Source of the DNA: Flavobacteriales bacterium
Lineage (GTDB): Bacteria > Bacteroidota > Bacteroidia > NS11-12g > UBA955
Length of the DNA: 62,175 nucleotides
Assembly: GCA_002737625.1 (NCBI GenBank)
Contig: NSIB01000001.1
Span: forward strand, 1-62,175
Direction: 5' to 3'
Shown here: positions 1 to 10,900 of the stretch, one piece after another
How positions within the stretch are numbered: position 1 is the stretch's first letter
Layout of the letters: each line of letters opens with the position of its first letter
Notes under the pieces: generated by a model
The model's input: the letters and a program-made list of their open reading frames with translations, nothing else
The model's database searches: none
Told to the model about the DNA's origin: nothing
Position numbers and translations under genes: made by a program

Positions 1-605
1 GTTTCAAATATTCCGGCGATGAGCGGCCGCGCTGCGCGCGGCCGCCCCCTACCCGACGAATCCTCCACAAAAAATACAAACGTGGCTCTATCACCCGTAT
101 CCAACAGTAATCGAGAAGACAGCGACTTAGATATAAATATCCACGGCTCTTGTTTTACCAGAGTAGAATCCAATTGCCTCAGCAAAAATCCATTCATACA
201 ATAGTTAAAATCATCATAGCCTAGCCCCTTCGCCACAACCCCATCAATATCAACATCCCCCTTTATAATTCCTGCCTTACTCGCAGATATTGCGGCCCTT
301 TCGATGCCCAAACCCAGCAACTCAGAAGAACTTCCGTTTTTTACAAACCCCGGCACGAATTGAGCACCCACAACCAACGGATCCGCCCCTTCCATATTCG
401 CAGCATGGTCTATGATGTAATTTCCATGAACCTTCACTATCTTGTCCTTGATTCCATTTTGAAACCCTTTCACCGTGGCAATCGTAACAATCATGGTCGC
501 CACGCTCAACGAAACTGCGGAAATTGCCAAACGCATCATATTTTTGGAGAATGAATTATCACCCTCCTTTATCAATCGAAACGCTATGAACCTGACCCAA
601 GACAC
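1..605 (-). CDS. ABC transporter permease, FtsX/LolC-E family (N-terminal part; gene runs off the left edge)
   Basis: Absent from the ORF track because there is no stop in the window. My manual minus-strand translation is open from nt 3 to beyond 605: VSWVRFIAFRLIKEGDNSFSKNMMRLAISAVSLSVATMIVTIATVKGFQNGIKDKIV...SSGRGRPRAARPLIAGIFE. A FIAxR motif, then TM1, then the start of a periplasmic domain is the usual FtsX/LolE N-terminus. The start at GTG 605 (or TTG 617) is a guess. Confidence 0.6.
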   Translation of the reverse strand, partial: MSWVRFIAFRLIKEGDNSFSKNMMRLAISAVSLSVATMIVTIATVKGFQNGIKDKIVKVHGNYIIDHAANMEGADPLVVGAQFVPGFVKNGSSSELLGLGIERAAISASKAGIIKGDVDIDGVVAKGLGYDDFNYCMNGFLLRQLDSTLVKQEPWIFISKSLSSRLLLDTGDRATFVFFVEDSSGRGRPRAARPLIAGIFE

Positions 606-639
606 TATTGCTTTCAAAGGTAGGAAGCATCGATTGAAA

Positions 640-1953
640 ATGACATTACAATTTTCATGGCTTTTACTATTTGTATTCACGGGGATTCACATGGTTCAAG
701 GCCAAAAATCTAAACCCGTCACTGAACCAAATCCTCCAACAAACTCAATACAAATCCAATCCCCCGCGGCAAAGCCACATAGTATTTACAATCCCAACGC
801 CCAAAGTTCACTCCCAATTTCCGTAGGCGCAGAGAATACTTCAGCCTATTTATCAATGTTAACTGGCAAAAAAGTTGGAATCGTCGCCAACCCGACATCA
901 AAAATTGGAAATACCCATCTTGTAGATACGCTCAAAAAACTGGGTGTCAAAATCGTGATGGTATTTGCGCCAGAACACGGTTTTAGAGGCGATGCCGAAA
1001 ATGGGGCCCACATTGAAAACGGCGTGGATCAAAAGTCGGGCCTCACCGTGGTTTCTCTTTATGGAAGTCATATAAAGCCTAGCCCAAACGACATGAAACA
1101 GTTGGATGTGGTTCTATTTGATATTCAAGACGTTGGCGCTCGATTCTATACCTATTTAACCACGATGCACTATGTGATGCAGGCCTGCTCAGAACAAAAC
1201 AAACCCTTAATCATTCTAGACAGACCCAATCCCAATGGCTATTTCGTGGCAGGACCCATTCTAGAACCCAAATTCAAAAGCATGGTTGGTGTGCATCCGA
1301 TACCGATCGTTCACGGGATGACATTGGGCGAACTGGCAAAAATGATCAATGGCGAAGGATGGTTGAAAGACTCGGCGCATCCCAAACTTAAGCCTTTTAC
1401 ACTAACGGTGATTCCTTGTGGAAACTATAACCACAACCGAGCGTATCCATTACCTGTTCCCCCATCACCAAACCTACCGACAGAAAACTCGATTTATCTA
1501 TACCCTACTCTGTGTTTGCTCGAAGGCACCAATGTGAGTATGGGCAGAGGAACCGACAACCCCTTTGAATGCTTTGGGGCGCCGTGGTTAACACAAGGGA
1601 CCTATTCGTTTGTTCCTAGGGCGATTCCTGGAAAATCACTGACCCCACCATACATTGGCGAAACCTGCAAAGGGATATTACTGAGCGACTTTGCTTCGGG
1701 TTATTTGATATCCTATCGGAATTTGTATATCGACTGGATGATCATGTTATACCAAGAATGTCCAAATAAGTCGCTATTCTTCAATTCGTTTTTCAATAAA
1801 CTCGCGGGAAATTCTGCGCTGCAGCAGCAAATCACATCCGGAAAAAGCTCCATGGAAATTTTGCAAAGTTGGCAACCTGGAATCGATGCTTTTTTGATCA
1901 AACGCAAACCCTACCTACTTTATCCTTACCAACCCGAATTGGGTATTTATTGA
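640..1953 (+). CDS. DUF1343 family protein (exo-beta-N-acetylmuramidase NamZ-like), secreted
   Basis: ORF 475..1953 trimmed to ATG 640 (MTLQFSWLLLFVFTGIHMVQG signal peptide), because the upstream 55 codons overlap the divergent permease gene. Motifs VGIVANPTS, FAPEHGFRG and LFDIQDVGARFYTY are typical of DUF1343/NamZ. Confidence 0.8.
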   Translation: MTLQFSWLLLFVFTGIHMVQGQKSKPVTEPNPPTNSIQIQSPAAKPHSIYNPNAQSSLPISVGAENTSAYLSMLTGKKVGIVANPTSKIGNTHLVDTLKKLGVKIVMVFAPEHGFRGDAENGAHIENGVDQKSGLTVVSLYGSHIKPSPNDMKQLDVVLFDIQDVGARFYTYLTTMHYVMQACSEQNKPLIILDRPNPNGYFVAGPILEPKFKSMVGVHPIPIVHGMTLGELAKMINGEGWLKDSAHPKLKPFTLTVIPCGNYNHNRAYPLPVPPSPNLPTENSIYLYPTLCLLEGTNVSMGRGTDNPFECFGAPWLTQGTYSFVPRAIPGKSLTPPYIGETCKGILLSDFASGYLISYRNLYIDWMIMLYQECPNKSLFFNSFFNKLAGNSALQQQITSGKSSMEILQSWQPGIDAFLIKRKPYLLYPYQPELGIY

Positions 1954-1959
1954 TTGTTG

Positions 1960-1967
1960 TATCTTTG
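1960..1967 (+). promoter_or_regulatory. Bacteroidota -7 promoter box candidate (TATCTTTG) for the DUF4920 gene
   Basis: TATCTTTGTAA matches TAnnTTTG and lies 4 nt before ATG 1972. The same TATCTTTGTAA string sits upstream of gatB. It implies a leaderless or near-leaderless mRNA. Confidence 0.3.
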
Positions 1968-1971
1968 TAAA

Positions 1972-2343
1972 ATGAAAACCATTTTAAGTATTTTCGCCGC
2001 AGTTTTAGCGATTTCTTGCACTCAAACAGCAAATCAGATAGGCAAACCAGTGAATACCACTGACGCTGTGTCTGTGAATGTAGGTCTCGAAAAGTTCAAA
2101 AAAGAAGGCCGAGCGGAAGCCGTATTATTCGGAAAAGTTGATGAAGTATGTCAGTCCGAAGGTTGTTGGTTCACCTATCAAACCGAAACCAAAAACATTA
2201 CGGTAGATTTTGGCGATGCTTTTACTATACCCAAGAACATCGGGGCTAAGGATTTATATGCAGTTGGACATTTTTACAACGACACCACGGAGGAGAAAAC
2301 GATTGAAGTGAAATTCCGCGCTGAGGGTGTAAAATTCAAATAA
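1972..2343 (+). CDS. DUF4920-like lipoprotein
   Basis: ORF 1954..2343 trimmed to MKTILSIFAAVLAISC (lipobox). The conserved core CQSEGCWF is what I associate with DUF4920. Confidence 0.6.
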   Translation: MKTILSIFAAVLAISCTQTANQIGKPVNTTDAVSVNVGLEKFKKEGRAEAVLFGKVDEVCQSEGCWFTYQTETKNITVDFGDAFTIPKNIGAKDLYAVGHFYNDTTEEKTIEVKFRAEGVKFK

Positions 2344-2374
2344 AAGAAACTCGCTACTTACTAGAAGTATCGAA

Positions 2375-3712
2375 TTACTTTATTTCAAATGTATTCATAA
2401 ACGCAGTTGTGAAATTGCCCGCCCTAAAATCAGGATCGCGCATCAATTGCAAATGCAATGGAACCGTAGTTTTCACACCCTCTATAATGAATTCGCCCAA
2501 AGCACGCTCCATTTTTACAATGGCTTCATCGCGAGTTTGAGCCGATACAATCAACTTAGCAATCATAGAATCGTAGTATGGAGGAATGGTATAACCGGCA
2601 TAGATATGTGTATCAACTCTAACTCCATGTCCGCCCGGACGGTTCAATTGGGTAATCTTACCTGGGCAAGGTCTAAAGTTGTTATGAATATCTTCGGCGT
2701 TTATCCTGCACTCGATGGCATGTTTGGTTGGATAATGGTCTTTTCCAGAAATGGGAACACCTGCAGCAATTAAAATCTGCTCTTTCACCAAATCATAGTT
2801 AATTACTTCCTCCGTAACTGGATGTTCCACCTGAATACGAGTATTCATTTCCATAAAATAGAAATTGCGGTGCTTATCAACCAAAAACTCTACCGTTCCA
2901 ACGCCCTCGTAATTGATGATCTGAGCTGCTGCTTTTGCTGCCTCTCCCATTTTCTCACGCAATTCTGGCGTCATGAATGGAGATGGAGTTTCTTCCAGTA
3001 ACTTCTGGTGACGACGTTGAATGGAACAATCGCGTTCACTCAAATGACAAACTTTTCCGTATTGATCTCCAGCGATTTGAATTTCGATGTGACGTGGATC
3101 TTCGATGTATTTCTCCATATACAAACCATCGTTTCCAAAGGCTGCACCGGCTTCTTGCTTCGCACTGTGCCATGCTGGCTCTACTTCTTCGTCTTTCCAA
3201 ACGATGCGCATTCCGCGACCCCCACCACCAGCAGTTGCCTTCATGATCACAGGATATCCCATTTCATTGGCGATCTTGATGGCTTCAGTAAAGCTCGACA
3301 ATAAGCCATCGGAACCAGGAATGGTAGGTACACCAGCCTTTTTCATTGTATCCTTGGCGTTGGACTTATCGCCCATTTGGTCGATTTGTTCTGGTGTGGC
3401 GCCAATAAACTTGATACCGTGATCACGACATAGTGCAGAAAATTGACTATTTTCAGACAAAAATCCATATCCCGGGTGAATGGCATCTGCATTGGTAATT
3501 TCCGCTGCAGCGAGGATTCTCGACATGGAGAGATAACTGTCCTTACTCTGCGGAGGGCCAATACAAACGGCTTCATCAGCAAATCGAACATGCAAACTTT
3601 CACGATCGGCTGTAGAATAAACGGCCACTGTTTTAATGCCCATTTCCTTACAAGTACGGAGTATGCGAAGAGCTATCTCACCGCGGTTCGCGATTAGGAG
3701 TTTTTTAAACAT
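2375..3712 (-). CDS. accC: acetyl-CoA carboxylase, biotin carboxylase subunit
   Basis: 445 aa. [18 protein letters not shown]-terminus, ATP-grasp [22 protein letters not shown]. Sits 11 nt downstream of accB. Confidence 0.97.
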   Translation of the reverse strand: MFKKLLIANRGEIALRILRTCKEMGIKTVAVYSTADRESLHVRFADEAVCIGPPQSKDSYLSMSRILAAAEITNADAIHPGYGFLSENSQFSALCRDHGIKFIGATPEQIDQMGDKSNAKDTMKKAGVPTIPGSDGLLSSFTEAIKIANEMGYPVIMKATAGGGGRGMRIVWKDEEVEPAWHSAKQEAGAAFGNDGLYMEKYIEDPRHIEIQIAGDQYGKVCHLSERDCSIQRRHQKLLEETPSPFMTPELREKMGEAAKAAAQIINYEGVGTVEFLVDKHRNFYFMEMNTRIQVEHPVTEEVINYDLVKEQILIAAGVPISGKDHYPTKHAIECRINAEDIHNNFRPCPGKITQLNRPGGHGVRVDTHIYAGYTIPPYYDSMIAKLIVSAQTRDEAIVKMERALGEFIIEGVKTTVPLHLQLMRDPDFRAGNFTTAFMNTFEIK

Positions 3713-3723
3713 ATTAAAATAGA

Positions 3724-4200
3724 TTAGGCGGGTTCTATTAAGAATAGAGGTTGATCGTATTCCACAGGACTTGCGTTATCAACCAAAATCTTAACAATCT
3801 TACCAGTTACTTCACTTTCGATTTCATTGAATAATTTCATTGCCTCAATGATACATATCACTGTACCCAATTTCACATCGTCACCTACGTTTACAAAAAC
3901 TGGTGAATCAGGACTGGCTGTGCGATAAAAAGTACCTACCATGGGTGATTTGATGGTAATCAAATTGTCTGCTTTTGCCTCAGCGGCTGGCGCACTTGGA
4001 GTGGCTACAACAGGAGCCGAAATAGCTACAGGTGCAGGTGCCGCTTGCATTGCCACTGGCGCCGGAATATATTGAGTCGTAGTAAATTGTGCTGGGTTCT
4101 TTTTGATAAGTAATTTGAAGTCTTTTTGATTGATTTCTACTTCATCTACACCTGCAGTTGAAACAAATTTAATCAGTGCTTGAATCTCTTTTATGTCCAT
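3724..4200 (-). CDS. accB: acetyl-CoA carboxylase biotin carboxyl carrier protein
   Basis: C-terminal biotinyl domain with the [10 protein letters not shown] motif and an Ala/Pro-rich linker. Start moved to [13 protein letters not shown] (ATG 4200). The 32 upstream codons of ORF 3724..4296 look like AT-rich read-through. Confidence 0.9.
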   Translation of the reverse strand: MDIKEIQALIKFVSTAGVDEVEINQKDFKLLIKKNPAQFTTTQYIPAPVAMQAAPAPVAISAPVVATPSAPAAEAKADNLITIKSPMVGTFYRTASPDSPVFVNVGDDVKLGTVICIIEAMKLFNEIESEVTGKIVKILVDNASPVEYDQPLFLIEPA

Positions 4201-4337
4201 ATTTTTTTGATAAAATGATCCTGCAAAGAAAACCATAAATGAGTAAAAAAGGCCAAAAATGTAATAAAACAACCGATTATTTATGGAAAAGAGCAAAAAA
4301 AGAGCAAAAAATGGTCATTTTTTACAAAATTTGAAAA

Positions 4338-5042
4338 TTAAAAGGAATAGGATATTCCTCCTTGGAAAATCGATTTAGCCATGCCCATTTCGGCATACCA
4401 CCCCCAATGATCCGCAATACTTCCCCTAAATCCCAACGTACTTTCAAATCCAATCGTTGGAACGCTCAACAAATCGAGTCCCGGAATCAACAATTGCTTT
4501 GTGAATAATCGATTGTTGGATTGAATTGAGACCACATTGGATCTAAATCCTATTCCCAAACCCCAATATACTTGCATTAAATCATCTGGGTTGAACAGAA
4601 AGTTGTACCTAAAATTGATACTGTTTGATCTATATTTCAATTTCAAACTCAGCTGTGTTTGCACTCCCAGATCATTAAAAAAAAACGAATCCCTAATTAA
4701 CCCACCAACTGTAAAACCGGAACTTGCCACATTTACACCCAAGGTATGTCTGCGACCCAATTTGTTTTCGTATTTGAAATAAAACAATGGACTTGTTTCG
4801 TTGGTTGTGATCTCCGAAAATGGAAATGAATCATTCTGGTTTGATGCATCAATATTGTCTAGCCTATTCACCACCATGTACAAAAGGTTCATACCGCCAA
4901 CCCCAACCATAATGTTATTTTTAGGTTCTGAAGAGGCAGCGGAATTCATCGAATCGGATTGGGCTTGAGTTGGGGCCACTAAAAACAGCGATACCAACAA
5001 TAAACAGGTCATTAATTTATAACCGTATTGATAATTTGTCAT
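4338..5042 (-). CDS. hypothetical outer-membrane beta-barrel protein
   Basis: Signal peptide MTCLLLVSLFLVAPTQAQ (true start may be 5012), alternating hydrophobic beta-strand pattern, aromatic C-terminus ...GGISYSF. I do not recognise a family. Confidence 0.5.
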   Translation of the reverse strand: MTNYQYGYKLMTCLLLVSLFLVAPTQAQSDSMNSAASSEPKNNIMVGVGGMNLLYMVVNRLDNIDASNQNDSFPFSEITTNETSPLFYFKYENKLGRRHTLGVNVASSGFTVGGLIRDSFFFNDLGVQTQLSLKLKYRSNSINFRYNFLFNPDDLMQVYWGLGIGFRSNVVSIQSNNRLFTKQLLIPGLDLLSVPTIGFESTLGFRGSIADHWGWYAEMGMAKSIFQGGISYSF

Positions 5043-5078
5043 GATTTATATGTCGGTTAAAAATTAGATTCCCAAATA

Positions 5079-6629
5079 TCACAACGGAATGTTACCGTGT
5101 TTCTTCTTTGGATTATTTTTCACTTTGTTCTGCAGCATATCAAACGCTTGGATCAATCGAGCACGCGTTTCTTCTGGCAAGATAACTTCATCTACAAAAC
5201 CGCGAGCTGCAGCCCTGTATGGATTGGCAAAAAGATCACCATATTCCTTTTCCTTTTCTTTCCAAGCACTTTCCTTATCAGAAGAAGACTCAATTTCTCG
5301 TTTAAAAATGATTTCCGCAGCGCCTTTGGCTCCCATCACCGCAATTTCAGCCGTGGGCCAAGCAAAATTCAAATCTGCTCCAATGTGTTTGCTATTCATC
5401 ACATCATATGCTCCACCGTAGGCTTTACGAGTAATGACAGTAATCCTTGGCACCGTTGCTTCACTAAAGGCATAAAGTAATTTTGCACCGTTGGTAATGA
5501 TTGCATTCCATTCTTGATCTGTACCGGGCAAAAATCCCGGAACGTCTTCCAATACCAACAAAGGAATATTAAATGCATCGCAGAAACGCACAAATCTGGC
5601 CGCTTTCTGTGAACTATGAACGTCCAAAACACCAGCCAAAAATGCCGGTTGATTGGCTACAATCCCTATACTCTTCCCCGCCAATCGCGCAAATCCTACA
5701 ACAATATTCTCAGCATATGCAGCGTGCACTTCAAAGAATGAATCTGCATCCACAATCCCTTGAATCACCTCTTTCATATCATACGGTTGATTGGGATTTT
5801 CTGGAATAATATCCATCAAACTCTCCCTCAACTCATTGCCCCCATGGTAGGGCAAAGACATGGGTTTTTCTTCGCAATTTTGAGGTACATAAGAGAGTAA
5901 TTTTCGTAAATTCTGTATACACACCACTTCATTCGGAGCTGTCATGTGTGCCACTCCACTTTTTGATCCGTGAATCGACGCCCCACCCAAATCCTCACTA
6001 CTCACGTCCTCATTCGTTACGGTTTTAACCACATTGGGACCCGTCACAAACATGTAACTACTATTTTCAACCATGAAAATAAAATCCGTTAAGGCAGGAG
6101 AATAAACGGCTCCACCAGCACAGGGGCCCAAAATCGCCGACAATTGTGGAATTACACCGCTGCTTTGAACGTTGCGATAAAAAATATTCGCGTATCCACC
6201 CAAAGAAACCACACCCTCTTGGATACGCGCGCCACCAGAATCATTCATTCCAATGATTGGGGCGCCATTGGCCAATGCCATTTCCATGATTTTGCAGATT
6301 TTCTCCGCATGGGTTTCGCTCAACGACCCACCAAAAACAGTAAAGTCTTGGGAAAATACGTAGGTAGTTCGGCCGTTTACTTTGCCATAGCCTGTTACCA
6401 CACCGTCACCCAAGAATTGCTGTTTCTCCATACCAAAATCGGTACTTCTATGGGTTACGAAAGTACCCACTTCGCAAAAACTGCCTTCATCTATGAGCAA
6501 CGCTATTCGCTCACGGGCTGTTAATTTGCCTTTTTTGTGTTGGGCATCAATCCGAATTTGTCCACCACCCAAAGATGCTTCCTCACGTTTTTGAATTAAT
6601 ATTTGTCTACGAGAATCCATGAATTTCAT
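5079..6629 (-). CDS. acyl-CoA carboxylase carboxyltransferase (beta) subunit, PccB/MmdA-like
   Basis: About 516 aa. Carboxyltransferase motifs [51 protein letters not shown]. Start trimmed to ATG 6629 (MKFMDSRRQ). Confidence 0.93.
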   Translation of the reverse strand: MKFMDSRRQILIQKREEASLGGGQIRIDAQHKKGKLTARERIALLIDEGSFCEVGTFVTHRSTDFGMEKQQFLGDGVVTGYGKVNGRTTYVFSQDFTVFGGSLSETHAEKICKIMEMALANGAPIIGMNDSGGARIQEGVVSLGGYANIFYRNVQSSGVIPQLSAILGPCAGGAVYSPALTDFIFMVENSSYMFVTGPNVVKTVTNEDVSSEDLGGASIHGSKSGVAHMTAPNEVVCIQNLRKLLSYVPQNCEEKPMSLPYHGGNELRESLMDIIPENPNQPYDMKEVIQGIVDADSFFEVHAAYAENIVVGFARLAGKSIGIVANQPAFLAGVLDVHSSQKAARFVRFCDAFNIPLLVLEDVPGFLPGTDQEWNAIITNGAKLLYAFSEATVPRITVITRKAYGGAYDVMNSKHIGADLNFAWPTAEIAVMGAKGAAEIIFKREIESSSDKESAWKEKEKEYGDLFANPYRAAARGFVDEVILPEETRARLIQAFDMLQNKVKNNPKKKHGNIPL

Positions 6630-6667
6630 AATTAAACCACCCAAAAACCTAGGCAGCACTGTTAATA

Positions 6668-7882
6668 CTAGTCTTTTGGCGAATCTTTCAAAGATGCCAA
6701 ATCAAACAACAATGAAAAACGCATTTGATTTTGCAAAGGATGACGGCTCGCAAAAGGCACCAAATACGCCGCATTCACTGTAAATGTTTGATATTTTAAA
6801 CCAATACCCATCGTTCCGTATTGTCTGCCACCCTTTGTTTTGGCTTCATAAAATACACCACCACGAATGGTGAACTTATCGTCGTAGATATATTCCGCAC
6901 CACCACTCAACATATACTCGTTTAACTCTTCCTTTCTTCCACCGGGAGCATCATGAAAAGATTGAATCATCCCTTGAACTACATTCACATCAGGATCAAT
7001 TCCTTCATACTGGCGGCTTCCATTTAAGAAAGAATCTTCACCGTTGTAGTTTACCAAATAATATGGGCGTGTTGGAACCAATAATTTATTGATGTCCGCA
7101 TACACATTTATGGTGTTATAATCGTCAATTTTATGGCTGTAACCCACACCCATCTTTAAATTAGTTGGAACAAAATCACGCTTCTCTTTTGAAGAATAAG
7201 TCATTTTAGAACCGATGTTTTGAATATTCAATCCAAATTGGATTTTATCGTAGCCGCCGTTGTTCGACTTTACTTCGGTTTTGTATAACAAATTGACATC
7301 ACCAGCACCGCCGGTGGCAGCCTTGTAGTCAATACCATTATAAGCTCTGTTACCAGTAAGATTAGAGTATACAAAACGCAAATTCACTCCCATGGAGAAC
7401 TTTTTGGTAAACTGGGTAGCATATCCGCCATCTAAAGCAAATTCATTGGGTGTAAACTGACCCGTTGGGTTACCATCAAAATCTGTAAATTGGATATTAC
7501 CCAAAGAGAAATATCGCATGGATCCCGAAACCGCACTATTGGCGCCCACTTTGCTGTAACCTGTCAAATAGGAAAAACCAACATCGCTTACCAAGTTCCT
7601 AAGCCAAGGTGCATACGACATGGAAAAACCCGTTTTATTCTTTGCGTTGATTAAATTGGCCATATTCCAACTACCGCTGTTGGCATCTGGATTAAAAAGG
7701 GCCACCCCAACGTCACCCATGGCAGCCGAACGACTATCAGGAGTAATCGTCAAGAAAGGAACCATCGTAGTTACTGTATTCAACTGCCCTGCCAACTGTT
7801 TAGAGCTAAATTGAGTATTTTGAGATTGCAAAAATCCCATTAATGATACTGTAAAAAGCGCAATTGTTGCAATTTTTTTCAT
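6668..7882 (-). CDS. porV: type IX secretion system outer-membrane channel/shuttle protein PorV
   Basis: Signal peptide [21 protein letters not shown]. The motif [28 protein letters not shown]...PDANS matches the PorV/LptO N-terminal signature. Located immediately downstream of porU. Confidence 0.88.
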   Translation of the reverse strand: MKKIATIALFTVSLMGFLQSQNTQFSSKQLAGQLNTVTTMVPFLTITPDSRSAAMGDVGVALFNPDANSGSWNMANLINAKNKTGFSMSYAPWLRNLVSDVGFSYLTGYSKVGANSAVSGSMRYFSLGNIQFTDFDGNPTGQFTPNEFALDGGYATQFTKKFSMGVNLRFVYSNLTGNRAYNGIDYKAATGGAGDVNLLYKTEVKSNNGGYDKIQFGLNIQNIGSKMTYSSKEKRDFVPTNLKMGVGYSHKIDDYNTINVYADINKLLVPTRPYYLVNYNGEDSFLNGSRQYEGIDPDVNVVQGMIQSFHDAPGGRKEELNEYMLSGGAEYIYDDKFTIRGGVFYEAKTKGGRQYGTMGIGLKYQTFTVNAAYLVPFASRHPLQNQMRFSLLFDLASLKDSPKD

Positions 7883-7978
7883 AATGATAATTGGCAAAAA
7901 TATGTTATCGGGTTTGTGCATCCTAATGGTACGTTAAAGATATTTGTTTAAAACGAAAATTATCTTGAATCATTCTAA

Positions 7979-10900
7979 CTATAGTTTGATAAATTTTCCA
8001 CCCACACTTTGCTTCAATCCGTCTTCAGTTGTTAAAACGATTTGATAAAAATAAATACCACCCATGAGCTGATCGCCATTGTGTGATCTTCCATCCCAAA
8101 CCATTGCATCAACCTTATTTTGGGCAGACTCAAGCCAAACCCCACCTTGCTGGACTTCCCTTCCCGCGGCATCATATACAAACCACTTTGAAGTAATATT
8201 TTCCCCTGGCAATGTGTGTCGTACCGAAACGGTAAATGCTTGCGATCCCGCCGAACCTGAACTTTCACGTCCATCAAATGGAACCGGGAAAGCACTGGAT
8301 TCCGTAATTTCAAATGTCCTTGCAGGAATAACCAAACACTCCACCGAACCTTTGCCCCCATTGTTATAAATGTCCCATGCTTTACATGTAAGAAAATGTT
8401 TACCTGGCTGCAAACCATTCAGTGGAAACCGTATAGTTCCTGTTGTATATGAATTTACATCGTAAGAAAAATAATCATTCAGTACATAAGAACGTGCCTC
8501 CTCCGTCCCTTCATCCACAACGAGTAGCAAGTCACGACCAATTCCAGCTCCAGTAGCATTGATTCCATCTTTATCAAAGATACGGGCAACAAAATCCACA
8601 TCACGGGCAACCTTACCACCACTAATAAATGTAGTATCCTGCATATAAGAATGAACAATTGGACCATCCGTCCCCGGGTTGATTCCCACTTCGCTGCCAC
8701 CGATGATAAATTGCCAAGACCCTGCAGCATCCGTTTCGCCATTGTGGGCATAAAATTTGGCCACCCCAATCCCATAATTATACGATATGTCTTTTGGCAC
8801 CGAAAAAACCAATTGAAATTCCCCATTTTTAACGGAAACCTGGCCATTGAATAACACCCCAGATTGTTCCAAAAATGGAACGGGTAATGTACTTTTATCG
8901 TTATTTAACGTAAACTTTTGCGATGGCTTATCGAATACTTTCACCCACATGGTCCCGTTGAATTTGTTAAATTTCCCAACCAAACGCTCATTCACATGAC
9001 CCTTTAAAGTAATAATAGAAAATGCTTTCACCGTATCTCTGTAAGCACTTATTGATTTGCCATTTACACTATCCACAGCGATGATATGCTTTGGGAAGGC
9101 TATTGGCATACTCGCATCACCCAACAGCGCGAATTTATTGTCCTCGCTATTATATGGCGGCGGTCGATTCTTCATTTTCTGAAACACTTCGCCCAAAGTA
9201 GGAATCGGTTCATTGGGTTTTGGAAAGCCGTATTTTGTCCAAAAGTCGCTGTTGATTTGTGTATTTCCACTCACATAAACCAATCGGGTTGTACTCATCA
9301 AAGCAATAGCCCCTCCCTTAGGATTTAACATTGCCAACACACCTGCGCTCTTGCTTTTTGGATCGTCGTATTGACTAAATTCACAGGTAGCTGTAAACAT
9401 AATGGGCATCCGATAAGTGTTTTCCCAACCATTAATCATTGGAATATCTAAAATGGATTCCTGTGCCCAGCCCTTAAGCCCGCCGTGACCTTGATAATTA
9501 AAAAACAAAACGCCATCCTTAATACTTCGATTAATCGCCGCACTCATGTCGGGGTAACTTTCATTGTTGCCCGTAGTGGATTGCTTAAACGCGTCTGAAT
9601 ACAGCTTATTAACGTTCAAATAGGGGTAAAACTGATTGAGGTATTGGGCATTTTTTTCACTTTCTAGCACAAATTCCGTTTCCCAACTCTCATCGGCATC
9701 ATCGCAACCAAATGCAATATTAGACCTCCATGGACCCAAGGCCAGCGGACTACTATAACGCTTGAGTTTTTCCACCACGCCCATGGCTTCATCATTTGTA
9801 TAACAGGGTATTCTTCCTACAGGCACTGTAAGTTTTGATTTGATAATCTCGGGATCACCCTCTGCAGAATCTAGATAACCCAAGAAATCGTCCAAACTAA
9901 AATTGGCATTGTTGTTCGAAGATTGATAAACTGGGATAAAATTGGTGTTATCGGCCAAACGATCTTGCATATCATAAGATGCCGCACCAAACAAAGTTAC
10001 AAATCGCAGTTTAACGCCCTGACTTTCCGAATATTTATACTGCCAACGCAAAAAGTTCCTGATGGCAACCAAATCCTGCATTCCGCCAGAAAATTCATTG
10101 TAAATTTCTTGTGGAGTGATAACAACCGTTTTAAAATTGGTTGGGGCCGCCTCTCTGAAAGCTTTTAAAGCATTGGCTGCTTTTGTAAAATTGGGATGTG
10201 TTATGACGATAAACTCGTAGGCACCTTGAAAGGCGATGTTCTGATTCGATAGTACTTTTATAAATTTGGGCTTCAAAAAATCGTTCGCATTGGGGTCGAA
10301 ACATATAAATGTGTGATGGTCACTTTTGCTTTTGAGCAATATGGATAATTTACTACCGGAAACCGGTTGAATACTTACCGAAGTAGGCTGCAAGGGAACC
10401 GACACATTCCAAACCCTGCAATTCATGGCGCTTGTTGCAAACTCGTAGGCAATATTATTTTGATTGGAAGCCATTTGAGCGTGCCTGATAAATGAAGTAG
10501 ACGTGGGCGTGATCGTAATGTTTGATGATGGTTGTTTATCCGGCGATGACGAACTGATTTCGTAAAAGTCTAAATATCCATATGATTTGGTATTGGGACG
10601 ATTCAATTTAAACTGAAGATTCACCGAACCACCAACGACAGGGATTTTAAAAACTTTTTCTAGATATGTATAGTTTTCATAACTACCATATATCGCTCTC
10701 AAATTGTAACGAAAGTGCTTTCCATTGGCATTGACTACCAAAGAACCCGTATCGTCAATCATTGTAGCGGCAAAAGTGATTTTTACCCATACCGAATCGA
10801 CGTAGGAAGGGACGTTGGTAACAAAACTCTTGTTTGTTGTCTCATTGCCAAACTTTTCACCAAACCATGTCCGGCCCATTCCGGCAGGATTTATCAGGTC

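Noticed and set aside
19-554. Track ORFs 19..204 (+) and 360..554 (+)
   Set aside because: They lie antisense to an uninterrupted FtsX/LolE-like reading frame with recognisable motifs. They have no family resemblance of their own.
475-639. 5' extension of the DUF1343 ORF (GTG 475)
   Set aside because: It overlaps the divergent permease gene. The signal peptide begins at ATG 640.
2447-3697. Several 84-108-aa plus-strand ORFs inside accC
   Set aside because: These are antisense shadows of a highly conserved gene.
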